Origin: Vulcanimicrobiota bacterium
GTDB lineage: Bacteria > Vulcanimicrobiota > Vulcanimicrobiia > Vulcanimicrobiales > Vulcanimicrobiaceae
Assembly: GCA_963812155.1 (NCBI GenBank)
Contig: CAWETW010000002.1
Coordinates: forward strand, 32,001-96,000
DNA length: 64,000 bases
Direction of reading: 5' to 3'
The notes under the pieces were generated by a model. That model made no database searches and was not told the origin of the DNA. It saw nothing but the letters and a program-made list of their open reading frames with translations. Positions 40,651 through 50,923 of the stretch are shown in pieces. The position numbers were made by a program, and so were the translations under genes. Numbering within the stretch: position 1 is the first letter of the stretch; each line of letters starts with the position of its first letter.

Positions 40651-42630
40651 TTAGCCCCGAAGCGAGCGCGTGTCGACCAGACTCGACGCATCGTTGGCTG
40701 CAGGCGCGCCGAAGAGCGTCCACCGGCCGTCGAGATCGACGGCGCGAAAATCGACTCCGACGATGGCCCGCATCATCTCGGTGAGCATTTGGCGTGCCGT
40801 CTCGTCCCACGAGAATCGTGCCGCACGGGCCAGCGCGCCGTGCTCCAGCCGCCGGCGAAGCACGTCGTCGGTGAGCACCGCGACGATCGCAGCCGCGACG
40901 TCACCGCCTTCGGGAACGATCAGCCCGCTGCGGTCGTGAACGATCGCCTCACGCAAGCCGGGAACGTCGTAGGCGATGGCGGGCGTCGCGCACGCATTCC
41001 CCTCGATCGCCGTGATGCCCCAGCCTTCCATTTCCGAGAGGCTCACCGTAACCCACGCGCGCGCAAGGAGTTCGCGCTTGCGCCGGTCGTCCACGAAGCC
41101 TTCGAACGTCACCGATCCCTCGAGATCCAAGCGCGCGACGAGTTCGCGCAGTCCCTCGAGCGCGTCGCCTGCGCCGGCGATCTGCAACACCGCCGTAGGA
41201 ACGCGCCGGCGCACTTTCGCGAACGCCTCGACGAGACGGTCGACTCGTTTGTACGCTTTGAGACGTCCGAGATAGAGCACCGTCGGAAGCGCCGCCTTTT
41301 CACCGGGAATCAGCGATCCGTCGACCCCGCAGCGCACCAGCCCGGTCCCAGCGTCGCCGATGCCCACGCGCCGCATTTCTTCGCGCGTGTCGTCGGAAAT
41401 CGTCACGAAATGCACGTTGCGGTAGACCAGCGGAACGAGCTTCTCTTCGCACCACGCCAGTGCGTAGGCGAGCCAGCCGGGCAAATGATTCTTGAAGACT
41501 TCGCGGTGCACGTGATAGACGACGCAAATTTTCGGCTTCATCGAGAAGAGCGGCGTGAAGAACGGAATTCCGTTCGACGAGTCCAGGACGACGTCAAAGC
41601 GGTCGCGGAATTCGCGCAAATACGCAAACGGGACCGCGGCGTATACGGTCAGCGCGTTACCGACACGGCGAATCGGCACGTCGTCGATACGGTCGTGCGT
41701 TGCGCCGCCCGCGAATCCGCCGCTCAGCCATTCAACCTGATGTCCCCAACGAACCCAGCGCTTGGCCTGTTCGAAGAGATAGGTTTCGGCACCGCCGGCT
41801 TGCGGATGGTTGGGGTCGCGCCAGTTGACGACCAGAATGCGCAAATGATGGTGCAGCCGGATCGGATTGGTGGGGAACATGCGATCGTACGTCGGCACCA
41901 CGAAGTCGAGGAACGAATGCCGCAGCCGCAGCCGGACGATCGCCGCAAACATGTGCAGCGATGCCGAAGCCAGATGCACGCGCGAGCCCTGCACGTCGAT
42001 CCAGTACGTCGGCTCTTCCCGCACGCGCATTCGCAGGCGCTTCATCGCATACAGGAGATCGACGTCAAAGGCGAGGTTAGCCGTCTCGACGTCGCGCATC
42101 ACGCGCTCGAGGGCGCGGCGGCGAAAGACCTTCGCGCCGCATTGCGTATCGCAGTAGTTCAGGCCAAAAAGCAGGCGTACGATGAGATTGAAATTGCGGC
42201 TCGCAAACCGCCTCGCCCACGGCTGGCGAATCGCCACGTGCGATCCCGGCAGCCACCGCGACGCGACCACGCCGTCGCCTTCGCCGACCGCCTCGCAGAG
42301 CCGGCGCATTTCGCGCGCCGGCGTCGAGCCGTCGGCATCGACGTACCCGACGACCTCGGCGCGGGCCATTACGAAACCGGCGCGAACCGCCCCACCCTTG
42401 CCCACGGGATGCGGAATGTCGACCGCCAAAACGTTGGTGTGCTGCTCGCGCAGTGCGTCGACGACGCTGCGGGTCGCATCGGTGCAGCCGTTGAGCACGA
42501 CGATGATTTCTGAATCGGCGAAAACACCGGCATATTCCTCGAGCGTTTTTCCGATGCGATCCTGCTCGTTATGCGCCGGAACGATCACGGAAAAGCGCGG
42601 CGGGCGCTCGAGCGTTGCGGTGGCGCTCAT
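40651..42630 (-). CDS. GT2 (polyprenol-P glycosyltransferase-like) fused to a GT4 domain
   Basis: N-part PAHNE, GKGGAVRAG, DADGST, DTQCGAKVF, FDVDLL; C-part NWRDPNHPQAGGAE, LGRLKAYKR, EGWGITAIE. Confidence 0.9.
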   Translation of the reverse strand: MSATATLERPPRFSVIVPAHNEQDRIGKTLEEYAGVFADSEIIVVLNGCTDATRSVVDALREQHTNVLAVDIPHPVGKGGAVRAGFVMARAEVVGYVDADGSTPAREMRRLCEAVGEGDGVVASRWLPGSHVAIRQPWARRFASRNFNLIVRLLFGLNYCDTQCGAKVFRRRALERVMRDVETANLAFDVDLLYAMKRLRMRVREEPTYWIDVQGSRVHLASASLHMFAAIVRLRLRHSFLDFVVPTYDRMFPTNPIRLHHHLRILVVNWRDPNHPQAGGAETYLFEQAKRWVRWGHQVEWLSGGFAGGATHDRIDDVPIRRVGNALTVYAAVPFAYLREFRDRFDVVLDSSNGIPFFTPLFSMKPKICVVYHVHREVFKNHLPGWLAYALAWCEEKLVPLVYRNVHFVTISDDTREEMRRVGIGDAGTGLVRCGVDGSLIPGEKAALPTVLYLGRLKAYKRVDRLVEAFAKVRRRVPTAVLQIAGAGDALEGLRELVARLDLEGSVTFEGFVDDRRKRELLARAWVTVSLSEMEGWGITAIEGNACATPAIAYDVPGLREAIVHDRSGLIVPEGGDVAAAIVAVLTDDVLRRRLEHGALARAARFSWDETARQMLTEMMRAIVGVDFRAVDLDGRWTLFGAPAANDASSLVDTRSLRG

Positions 42631-44171
42631 GCGATCGGTGCCTCGCGGTTTTCAGGCGGACTGACGAGATTGCGTTCGAACTTTGCGAGAATCGTGCGCC
42701 GCGCCAGTTCGAGCTCTTCGACGTCGAGCACGCGCGCGACCGCGAGGAAGACCGCGCCGCCGATTGCGAGCTGACCGAACAGGAACCACGCGCGCGACGC
42801 GAGCGAAGCATCCGGCATAACGCCGAGCGCCGCAATCCACTTCAAGGCGAGGAACATCGCCAGCGAACTCACCGCGATCTTTGCCGTCGAAACCAGCAGA
42901 GCGCGCCAGTCGATGCCCGGAACCAGCCGCGCCGTCAGCATCAGCAGCAGCACGGCCTGCATCGTTTGGCTCAGCGAATTCGCCAGCAGCAGGCCGCGCG
43001 CGCCCAACGTCGGCAGCCACACCAGCGAGAGCAGAACGTTGAGGACCACGGTCGCGACGGAGATCGTCACCGGCCAAATCGTCTCTTTACAGGCGAAGCA
43101 GCATCGCGTCAGCACGACGTTGGCTGCCAGGGCCAACAGTCCGACCGCGGCGTAAGGCAGCAGGGAGGCGGTCAGGTCGGTCGCGCCGGCCTGGAACGTC
43201 CCGCGCTCGAACAGCGTTTGCACCATCGGGCGAGCCAGCACGATCAAAGCGCAGAGCGACGGAATCGTGATGAAAATCACCAGCCGAAGACCGGTGACGA
43301 GGCTGCGCGCGACGCCGCGCCGGTTATCGCGCGCAAACTGCGCCGCGAGCAGCGGAAAGATCACCGTCGCGATGGCGGCGGCAAAAATCTGCTGCGGGAA
43401 GTTGACGAGCTTGACGGCATAGTTCATGCCGGCGATGTAGCCCGGCGAGAGCGTCGAAGCAAAAAAGCGATCGAAGAAGAGCGCGATCTGCCCGGCCGCG
43501 GAACCGACGATGATCGGCCCCAGCAGCGCCCAGATTTTCCCCAGACCCGGATGGTGCAAATCGATGATAAAGCGATATTTTCCAATCGCGAGGAACGACG
43601 GCAACTGGACGAGCAGCTGTGCGGTCAGCCCGAGCGCCGTGCCGATCACGAGCGCGTAGATACCGAGGCGGTGATTGAATGCGAGCACCGCTGCGATCGT
43701 AATGACGTTGACCGCGACGCCGACCATTGCGGTCGAGCGGAAGCGGTGATAGGCGTTGAGCATTGCCGAGAGCACGCCGCTCAGGCTGACGGCGACGATG
43801 CTCGGCATGAGCCAGCGCGTCATGCGAATCGCGACGCTCATCTGCGGCGCCGGAAATCCGTGAGCGATGACCGGAACGTACCAGCGGGCGGTAAAGTAGC
43901 CGAGAACCGCACACGCGGTGAGAACGATGGCCAGCAGATTCAACACGGTGCTCGCCAGCCGCCACGCTTCGTCTTCTTTGTGGTGCGCGAGATATTCCGA
44001 GAACGTCGGGACGAGCGCGCTTACCAGCGCGCCGTTGAAAACGCCGAAGAGGATCGTCGGGACGGTCGCCGCCGCCAAGAACGTGTCCATCTCCCAGCGC
44101 GTCCCGTAGTATTTGGCGCTGACGACCTCGCGCATGAATCCAAGCAGGGTTGAGACGAGCGTAGCGCCCAT
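42627..44171 (-). CDS. murJ: MurJ/MviN lipid II-type flippase
   Basis: LLGFMRE, DTFLAA, ALVPTF, DRFFAS, YAVKL..P, LFERGTF. Confidence 0.9.
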   Translation of the reverse strand: MGATLVSTLLGFMREVVSAKYYGTRWEMDTFLAAATVPTILFGVFNGALVSALVPTFSEYLAHHKEDEAWRLASTVLNLLAIVLTACAVLGYFTARWYVPVIAHGFPAPQMSVAIRMTRWLMPSIVAVSLSGVLSAMLNAYHRFRSTAMVGVAVNVITIAAVLAFNHRLGIYALVIGTALGLTAQLLVQLPSFLAIGKYRFIIDLHHPGLGKIWALLGPIIVGSAAGQIALFFDRFFASTLSPGYIAGMNYAVKLVNFPQQIFAAAIATVIFPLLAAQFARDNRRGVARSLVTGLRLVIFITIPSLCALIVLARPMVQTLFERGTFQAGATDLTASLLPYAAVGLLALAANVVLTRCCFACKETIWPVTISVATVVLNVLLSLVWLPTLGARGLLLANSLSQTMQAVLLLMLTARLVPGIDWRALLVSTAKIAVSSLAMFLALKWIAALGVMPDASLASRAWFLFGQLAIGGAVFLAVARVLDVEELELARRTILAKFERNLVSPPENREAPIA

Positions 44172-44247
44172 GATGAAGAGCGTCGACGCCCCGAGTGAAA
44201 AGCGATGGGACGGCGAACGCTTGGATTGAGGGACGACGCGAAGATGC

Positions 44248-44892
44248 TTAATGGGCGCCGTCCTTTCGCAGGACGGCCGGCACCGTGAGCGCGATGAGCG
44301 CGAGATCGCCTAAGGGCGTCCACGAGTCGACGTACCGGTTGTCGAGCGCCATCCACTCTTCGAAAGAAACCTCGCTGCGGCCGTTGACCTGCCACAAACA
44401 GGTGATGCCCTGCGGAACCGTCAGCCGGCGCAACGCAAAGCCGTCGTAATGCTCCACTTCGCTCGGGAGCGCGGGCCGCGGACCCACCAGCGACATGTCG
44501 CCGCAGATGACGTTGAGCAGATTCGGAAGTTCGTCGATGCTGGCGCGCCGCAGGAAACGCCCGAGCGGATGCGTGCGCGGGTCGTTGCGAATCTTAAAGA
44601 CCGGCCCGTCGACCTCGTTGAGATGCATGAGGTCCTCGCGCATCTGGTGCGCGCCGTTGACCATGGTCCGCAGTTTGAACATTCTGAAACGCCGGCCGTG
44701 TTGGCCGACGCGTTCCTGAGCGAAGAATGGAGCGCCGCCGGTCGTGAAGACGATGCCGACGGCGGCGGCTAAGACGATCGGCGCGGTCAGCACGAGCAAG
44801 ACGAGTCCCACAGCAACGTCGGTGGCGCGTTTGATCGAACGCCAAGAAGCGGGAACGTCGCGGCATGCGGCCGGAGCAATCGCGGCCTGCAC
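44248..44892 (-). CDS. Priming phosphoglycosyl transferase (bacterial sugar transferase)
   Basis: KRATD, QERVG, FKLRTM, DPR, SIDELP, MSLVGPRP, GITCLWQVNGRS. Confidence 0.93.
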   Translation of the reverse strand: MQAAIAPAACRDVPASWRSIKRATDVAVGLVLLVLTAPIVLAAAVGIVFTTGGAPFFAQERVGQHGRRFRMFKLRTMVNGAHQMREDLMHLNEVDGPVFKIRNDPRTHPLGRFLRRASIDELPNLLNVICGDMSLVGPRPALPSEVEHYDGFALRRLTVPQGITCLWQVNGRSEVSFEEWMALDNRYVDSWTPLGDLALIALTVPAVLRKDGAH

Positions 44893-45310
44893 GCTATACG
44901 TTCCATCCGGCGGCAGTGCTGCGCGCGACGGCCGTCAAAGACAAACTGTGGTCTCCGTTATATCCTTGGTTCGTTCGTTTCATCGTATCCGCGGTGTGCT
45001 TGAACCATGCTCCAGCGCCGCTCGGCACCCCGGCGCGCTCATCGAGCAAACTCTGAGGCCGCTCGATTGCACCGCTGCGTCGTTTCGGCATTCGCCTCAA
45101 AGCCCCCGGTCTGCGCGATCACGAAGTCCGATGACCTCGGTCACCTTCGGAATGCGCGGCGCGGCGCGGCGACGTCCCGGTCGGTTGCTGCCGCCTTGCA
45201 CCCAATTCGACCCCGGCCGCCTCGCGCTCGCTGAGATTTTACCGATAGGATACCTCTGCCCGCGGCCCAAACCGGGTTGGCTGACTTCATCGGACTCCCC
45301 GGAGTATATC

Positions 45311-47173
45311 GTGCGACGCCTCTCGCTCTGCGCGGTCCTCGTGCCGCTCGCGTTCGCGATCGCTTGCGCCTGCGCGCGGGCGAATACGATCGTTCGCTTG
45401 AAAGCGGACCACCTCGCCTTCTACTACGACACGTTTCGGGTGGAAGCCGACGGTCACGTGCGCGTTGAGACCAGCGACGGCTTTTCGGTCACCGGCGACG
45501 CTTTTTCGATGGACCTCAAGCTCAATCGCTTTCTGGTGGCCGGGCACGTGACGCTGCAAATGCGGGGTCAGAGCGTTACGGGCGCCGCCCTCTCGGATTT
45601 CCTCGATTTCAACCGCATCTATTTCGTGCCGGTGACCACCGAGCCGGACCGCTGGACGTTCCTCAATGGGGACCTCGCGCACCCGGTGAAGGGGCGCATC
45701 ATGCCGGGAGACACTTTCAACTTCCCGGAGTTGCCGAAAAATCCGAGCGTCACCGCGTCGGAAGCGGTGATCGGCACCCGCAGCTATGCCCGGTTCGCCG
45801 GCGCATGGGCCTACGTGGGCGGCGTCGGGCTCCCGCTGGGCTCCTACGTCGTCAACTTTTCGCCGAATCAATACTTTGCGCAGAACTCGCTCACGGGCGC
45901 GAACTTCGATGCGACGTGGAACTTCGCGGGGAACAACAACTCGCTCTCCGCCATTCACTTGCGCTACGACACCTTCAACCATACGTATCTCGCCTTCGAA
46001 CAGCACTTCGTCGGCGATCACGAGTACGCAATCTTCTCGGCCAACCCGCTCACCAAGTCCGACCGCTTCTTCAACTTGACGCTCTACGAGAAACTCGGCC
46101 AGCGCTTCCAAATTCAGACCTTTACGCAGTACAACATCAACCAAGGAGTATTGCTCCAGGCCCCGCCGCTCTCGGTGACGCAGACGACGTACGTCAACAT
46201 GACGCAGGCCTTTCCGCACTCTTACCTGCAGCTCAACTCCAACTTCACCAACTACAACCTGCTCGGGCCCGGTTCGTTCAATCCTAACAATACCGTCGGC
46301 GCCGGTAATCTCTCGCACCCGTCGCAAGTGCAGCTCACCGCGACGAGTTTCCAAAACCGCATCGGAAAACTGCCGCTCTACGAACAAATTTACGGCGGCT
46401 ACGGCTTCAACCACGATTCGGTCGGCGCCAATCAATACGGAACGCCGATTCCCGCTTCCCAGAGCGGCCTACAATCCTTCGGCGGTACGTGCATCTTCAA
46501 AAAAGGCACGGCGCCGGTCGCTTGCCCGACGGTGTACACGACGATTTGGAACGAGGTCGCCGGCTTTAACCTCTTCATGCCGTCGGTGAAGATCGGCAAC
46601 CGCGACAATCCGTACGAAACGTACTACTTCAACGCCGTGCTGAACAAACAGCGCCAGTGGAACTCGCTGCCGCATCATATCGACAACACGAATACGACCT
46701 TCAGTTTGAGCCGCCAGTTCTCGAGGCCGGTCAACGCCTACCTCAGCTATCAGATTCAAAACACGGTCGACCGCTATCTTCAGGGCGGCTATCAACCCTG
46801 CAATCCCCTAAATCCGCCGAACAATCCGTTCTGCCCGCCGGGCTTGACCGCGTTTCGCGGCGCCTCGACGCTGCGCACCTTGATCCTCGGCACGACCTAC
46901 GCTCCGAATCCGGAGTTCAACGCGTCGCTGGTTGCGCGCCAGCACACCGATTTTCCGGCCCCGTTTCAAAACGTGTTTCCGCTGCCGCTGACCAATGTGA
47001 TCGGGCAGCCGCTCTATAACAATTACCTCGGACAGCCGCCTTACGATCTCACGGCCGACGTGCGCTTCAAATTGCTGCCGCACATGCTCCTCGACGTGCA
47101 GCGAACGTACTACTTCAACTACGGCAACATCCAGTGGAGCCCGAACTTCATCATTCAGGTGCTGCCGCAGTGA
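45311..47173 (+). CDS. Secreted, probably outer-membrane protein (LptD-like)
   Basis: RBS GGAG, signal peptide, OstA-like N-terminus (ADHLAFY..VEADGHVRV..GDAFSMDL), N/Y/F/Q-rich amphipathic strands. Confidence 0.55.
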   Translation: MRRLSLCAVLVPLAFAIACACARANTIVRLKADHLAFYYDTFRVEADGHVRVETSDGFSVTGDAFSMDLKLNRFLVAGHVTLQMRGQSVTGAALSDFLDFNRIYFVPVTTEPDRWTFLNGDLAHPVKGRIMPGDTFNFPELPKNPSVTASEAVIGTRSYARFAGAWAYVGGVGLPLGSYVVNFSPNQYFAQNSLTGANFDATWNFAGNNNSLSAIHLRYDTFNHTYLAFEQHFVGDHEYAIFSANPLTKSDRFFNLTLYEKLGQRFQIQTFTQYNINQGVLLQAPPLSVTQTTYVNMTQAFPHSYLQLNSNFTNYNLLGPGSFNPNNTVGAGNLSHPSQVQLTATSFQNRIGKLPLYEQIYGGYGFNHDSVGANQYGTPIPASQSGLQSFGGTCIFKKGTAPVACPTVYTTIWNEVAGFNLFMPSVKIGNRDNPYETYYFNAVLNKQRQWNSLPHHIDNTNTTFSLSRQFSRPVNAYLSYQIQNTVDRYLQGGYQPCNPLNPPNNPFCPPGLTAFRGASTLRTLILGTTYAPNPEFNASLVARQHTDFPAPFQNVFPLPLTNVIGQPLYNNYLGQPPYDLTADVRFKLLPHMLLDVQRTYYFNYGNIQWSPNFIIQVLPQ

Positions 47174-48024
47174 CGCGATTGCGACGCATCTTCGCGGTGA
47201 CGTGCGCGCTGCTGTCGGTCGCGCTCGTCGCCGCCGGGCCGACGATCGCCGTCACCGGGCAACTCCTCGCCTATCAAGACGGTTTCGTCTTCTTTACTAC
47301 CGGCGACGGCTTCCGGGTCGCGCCGGGCGTCCTCATCCGCGACTCCGCCGGCACCGGGCCGGCGACCATCGTCCCGGAGCCCCGCGTCTGGGCGCGCGCG
47401 CACTTCGACGCGACCGGCACGGTCACCGAACTCGACCTTTCGCGCTCGCCGCTGCCGGCGGAGGGGAGTTTCGCCGATGTGGCGCGCTTCGCGGTTGCGT
47501 TGTCGAGCCCGATTCCCAACCCGGACCTCGTTCCGGCGACGCCGGCGCCCGGACACACGCTCGTGCCGGCGCAGCACTTCTCCGGCCGGCCCGTGCTCGT
47601 CACGTTTACGGTGCAGGTGCCGCCGACCACGCCGTTTTCGGCGAGCGTCTATATCACGACCGACGCCAGCGGCTGGAACGCGCAGGCCATTCCAATGGAT
47701 CGCATCGACACGCTGCACTATCAAATTACGCGGCGGCTGAACTCGGGAACGATCTTCCGGTATCTCTACGACCGCGGTTCCTTCCAATCGCAGGAGATCG
47801 CACAGAACGGTTTGCAGCGTACGCCGCGCGAGATCGTCGTCACCGACGCCGACGTGCGCACGCTTCGCGACACCGTCTACGCCTGGCTCGACTCGAGCAG
47901 CAATGCGAGCGGCCAGCAACCCAATGGGCTGCCGACGCCCTACAATCCCAATCCGTTCCCGAATCTGCCGTCGGGTTTCCCGTCACCGGGCATTCCGACG
48001 CCCCACCCGCATCCGCCCGCGTAG
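47170..48024 (+). CDS. Secreted protein with a CBM20-like domain and Pro-rich tail
   Basis: Signal peptide; VTFTVQVPPTTP..VYIT..GWNAQAIPM..FRYLYDRGS resembles the CBM20 pattern; GTGA overlap. Confidence 0.6.
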   Translation: MTRLRRIFAVTCALLSVALVAAGPTIAVTGQLLAYQDGFVFFTTGDGFRVAPGVLIRDSAGTGPATIVPEPRVWARAHFDATGTVTELDLSRSPLPAEGSFADVARFAVALSSPIPNPDLVPATPAPGHTLVPAQHFSGRPVLVTFTVQVPPTTPFSASVYITTDASGWNAQAIPMDRIDTLHYQITRRLNSGTIFRYLYDRGSFQSQEIAQNGLQRTPREIVVTDADVRTLRDTVYAWLDSSSNASGQQPNGLPTPYNPNPFPNLPSGFPSPGIPTPHPHPPA

Positions 48025-48025
48025 G

Positions 48026-48556
48026 TCAGCGCACTTCGATCGGCACGCTCGTCTGCGCCTTGTCGCCGCGCGAGTTACGGGCGATGACCTGCAGTTGGAA
48101 CGTGCCGTGCACGAAAAACGGTAGATCGCCGACAGTGTACGCCATGGCAAAACGCCCGACACCGACTTTGTTCAGCGTGACGCCGTAGCCGCCGATCCTC
48201 ACTTCGACGCTTGCGACATTCGAACTCGTCAGCACCGTGCCCGAGACGTGATCGCCGGAGCTCACCGCCGTCTTGTCGATTGCCACCGAGAGAATTCGCG
48301 GCGAGGCGTCGGGCGACAGTCGCGGAACGGTCGGCGCCGGTACGACGGCCGCGGCACTCCGCACGGGAGCGGGCGTCGCCGTCGCGCGCACGGTGGGACT
48401 CGGTACGGGCGTCGCGAGCCGCGACGGATGCGGGACGCGCAGCGCGCGGGGAGTCCCAGCCGGAACCGGCGACGGCGTTGCCGCCGGCTGCGGACGGCTG
48501 CACGCCGGTAAGATCGCAATGGACGTAATGAAAATGAGGATTCCGGCCGAGCGCAC
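48026..48556 (-). CDS. Pro/Ala/Thr-rich lipoprotein with a small beta-rich domain
   Basis: Lipobox LPAC, PT-rich linker, beta-rich C-terminus. Confidence 0.65.
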   Translation of the reverse strand: MRSAGILIFITSIAILPACSRPQPAATPSPVPAGTPRALRVPHPSRLATPVPSPTVRATATPAPVRSAAAVVPAPTVPRLSPDASPRILSVAIDKTAVSSGDHVSGTVLTSSNVASVEVRIGGYGVTLNKVGVGRFAMAYTVGDLPFFVHGTFQLQVIARNSRGDKAQTSVPIEVR

Positions 48557-48639
48557 TACGGGCCGGACGTTCTCGTTCAGAGCGGCGCCTCCGCTTGGCT
48601 GTCGGGTTCGCGCGCGGCGACGTCGAACGCCGAGCCCAA

Positions 48640-49593
48640 ATGATTGCTCACAGCCCAGCGCTCAGCATCGTCGTGCCGATGCACGACGAGCAAGGAAACG
48701 TATCGCCGCTGCTCGAGCGATTGACGGGGGCCCTCGACTCGCTGCCCGGGCGGCCCGCCTACGAGATCGTGCTGGTCAACGACGGCAGCTCCGATGCGAC
48801 CGCCGATGCGGTCCGCGCCGAGATGCGCGAGCGTCCGAACCTCGTGCTGGTAAACCTGTCGCGCAACTTCGGCCATCAGCTGGCGGCGACTGCCGGCATC
48901 GAACTGGCGCGGGGCGATGCGGTGATTCTCATGGACGGCGACCTGCAGGATCCCCCCGAACTCATTGCGGCGTTCGTCGAAAAGTGGCAGGAAGGGTTCG
49001 ACGTCGTGTACGCCGTCCGCCGTACGCGCAAAGGTGAGAGCGCGTTCAAACTCGCGACCGCAGGCTTCTTTTACCGAGCGATCAAGCGGCTCACGAAAGT
49101 TTCGATTCCGGTCGATACCGGTGACTTTCGCTTGATGAGCCGGCGCGTGGTTGCCGCCTTGCAGCGCTTGCCGGAACGGCATCGCTTTTTGCGCGGCATG
49201 GTCAGTTGGGTCGGTTACAAACAAACCGGCGTCGAGTACGATCGCGACGTGCGCCTGAGCGGCGCAACGAAATATCCTCTCCCGAAGATGGTCCGTTTTG
49301 CCATCGACGGCATCACGTCGTTCTCCGACATCCCGCTGCGCTTCGCATCCTATTTCGGCTTCGCGGTCAGTGCGGTTGCCTTCATCTACGCGCTGGTCGT
49401 GATCGTCGACAAACTCTTCGGCGTTCACCCGCCCGCATACACACCCGGGTGGGCCTCGACGATCGTGGCCGTCGTCTTCCTAGGCGGCGTGCAGCTCATC
49501 AGCCTCGGCATCCTCGGCGAATATCTCGGCCGCATCTACGACGAAGTCAAAGGACGCCCGCTCTACTTGATCGACGACGTCGAGCGCTCGTAG
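48640..49593 (+). CDS. GtrB/ArnC-like polyprenol-phosphate glycosyltransferase (GT2)
   Basis: NDGSSD, LSRNFGHQ, MDGDLQDPPE, GDFRLMSR, two C-terminal TMs, GEYLGRIYDEVKGRPLY. Confidence 0.93.
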   Translation: MIAHSPALSIVVPMHDEQGNVSPLLERLTGALDSLPGRPAYEIVLVNDGSSDATADAVRAEMRERPNLVLVNLSRNFGHQLAATAGIELARGDAVILMDGDLQDPPELIAAFVEKWQEGFDVVYAVRRTRKGESAFKLATAGFFYRAIKRLTKVSIPVDTGDFRLMSRRVVAALQRLPERHRFLRGMVSWVGYKQTGVEYDRDVRLSGATKYPLPKMVRFAIDGITSFSDIPLRFASYFGFAVSAVAFIYALVVIVDKLFGVHPPAYTPGWASTIVAVVFLGGVQLISLGILGEYLGRIYDEVKGRPLYLIDDVERS

Positions 49594-49609
49594 GCTCGCC
49601 GAAGACGTC

Positions 49610-50923
49610 TTGACGTATCATCCCGTCGTCGATCGGTTCGCGATCCCAGTCGCGCTCGATCCGTGGTCGGCGACCATTTTCGTCGCGCTCTTCGCGGCCG
49701 TCGCGGTCGTGACGATTCGCCGGCCGGCATACGGACTCTGCGCGCTGGTGCTCGTCACGCCGTTCGCTCTATCGCGCGACGTCGCCGGAACGACGGTCAC
49801 GCTGCCGAAAGCGGCGCTGCTCGGGCTGCTGGCCGGTCTCGCTTCACACCCCGAAGCGCTTGCGCGGCTGCGCGCCCGGCCGATGCCGCTGCTGTTGTGT
49901 GCGATCGGCGCGTACGTGGCGCTCACGGCCGCGACCGCGTTCGTCGCCGTGCATCCAGGCGCGGCCGTGCGCGAAACGCTGAAGTTTACCGAATACGGTC
50001 TGATGCTCGCCGCGGCGTATCTCTGCTTTCGAATCGATCCCGACGATACGGCCGTCGCCGGAGCGTTCGCCGTCGCCGCAATCGCCGTCGCACTCAGCGC
50101 GCTCGCGCAGGAGTTCACCGGCGCGCCTTCCGGACTCTACGTCGGCAACGCGATCGTACCGCGCATCGCCGGAGTCTTGGAAGGGCCCAATCAGCTGGCC
50201 GGATACTTTCAAGTTGCGATCGCCGCACTTGGCGCGTGGACGCTGGTCCGCCGGTCGGCGCTGACCGATGCCGCCCTCGCATTGGCGACGTGCGCCGACG
50301 TGCTGACGTTCTCGCGCGCGGGGATATTCGGACTGGCAGTCGTCGGCGTCGTGCTGATCGTCGCGGGCGGCAGGCCTGCGCTGCGTGCGCTGCGTCCGGC
50401 GTATCTCGGTCTGGCCGCCGGACTCGCGGTCGTCGGGTGGTGGGCGTATTACGCGCACACCGCCGACGTGCTGCGCGTTTCGCTCGAAGAGAGCGCCTAC
50501 GCCGGCGGCGTCGGCGACCGCCGCGAACTCTGGGGCGCCGCGTGGCGCATGTGGCGCGCGCATCCGCTGCTCGGCGTGGGTGCGGGAAACTACGAGTTGG
50601 AACTGCCCGCATACGGCGTGAGCGGCGTTCGCACGCACGCGAACAGTTGGTTTCTGCAATCGCTCGCGGAAGGCGGGATCGCACTGTTTCTCGCGACGGT
50701 CGCGCTGGTTGCGGCGATCGTTGGTTCGTTTGCGCGGCGCGTCCGGGACGGTTCGCCGTGGGTGCTCGCCGCGCTCGCGGCGGCAATCGCGTTGACCGTC
50801 CATCAGATCGCCGACTACCTGGTGTTCTATCCTAAAGTCGGCGCGGCGTGGTTCGTGCTCGCCGGCATTGCAGCGGCCGCGGCAAACGGCGCGCGCGCCG
50901 CGGCTGCGCGGGGCGCAGGCTGA
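49610..50923 (+). CDS. O-antigen ligase/Wzy_C family protein
   Basis: PNQLAG, TFSRAG, R..LW..HPLLGVGAGNY, HANSWFLQSLAEGG. Confidence 0.85.
   Translation: MTYHPVVDRFAIPVALDPWSATIFVALFAAVAVVTIRRPAYGLCALVLVTPFALSRDVAGTTVTLPKAALLGLLAGLASHPEALARLRARPMPLLLCAIGAYVALTAATAFVAVHPGAAVRETLKFTEYGLMLAAAYLCFRIDPDDTAVAGAFAVAAIAVALSALAQEFTGAPSGLYVGNAIVPRIAGVLEGPNQLAGYFQVAIAALGAWTLVRRSALTDAALALATCADVLTFSRAGIFGLAVVGVVLIVAGGRPALRALRPAYLGLAAGLAVVGWWAYYAHTADVLRVSLEESAYAGGVGDRRELWGAAWRMWRAHPLLGVGAGNYELELPAYGVSGVRTHANSWFLQSLAEGGIALFLATVALVAAIVGSFARRVRDGSPWVLAALAAAIALTVHQIADYLVFYPKVGAAWFVLAGIAAAAANGARAAAARGAG

Noticed and set aside
45044..45147. Partial resemblance to a c-di-GMP-I riboswitch (GCAAAC..CAAAGCCCCCGGTCT)
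   Set aside because: It lacks the GAAA tetraloop stem, the GACGCAAAG junction and a pairing partner for CCCCG. An Infernal search would settle it.
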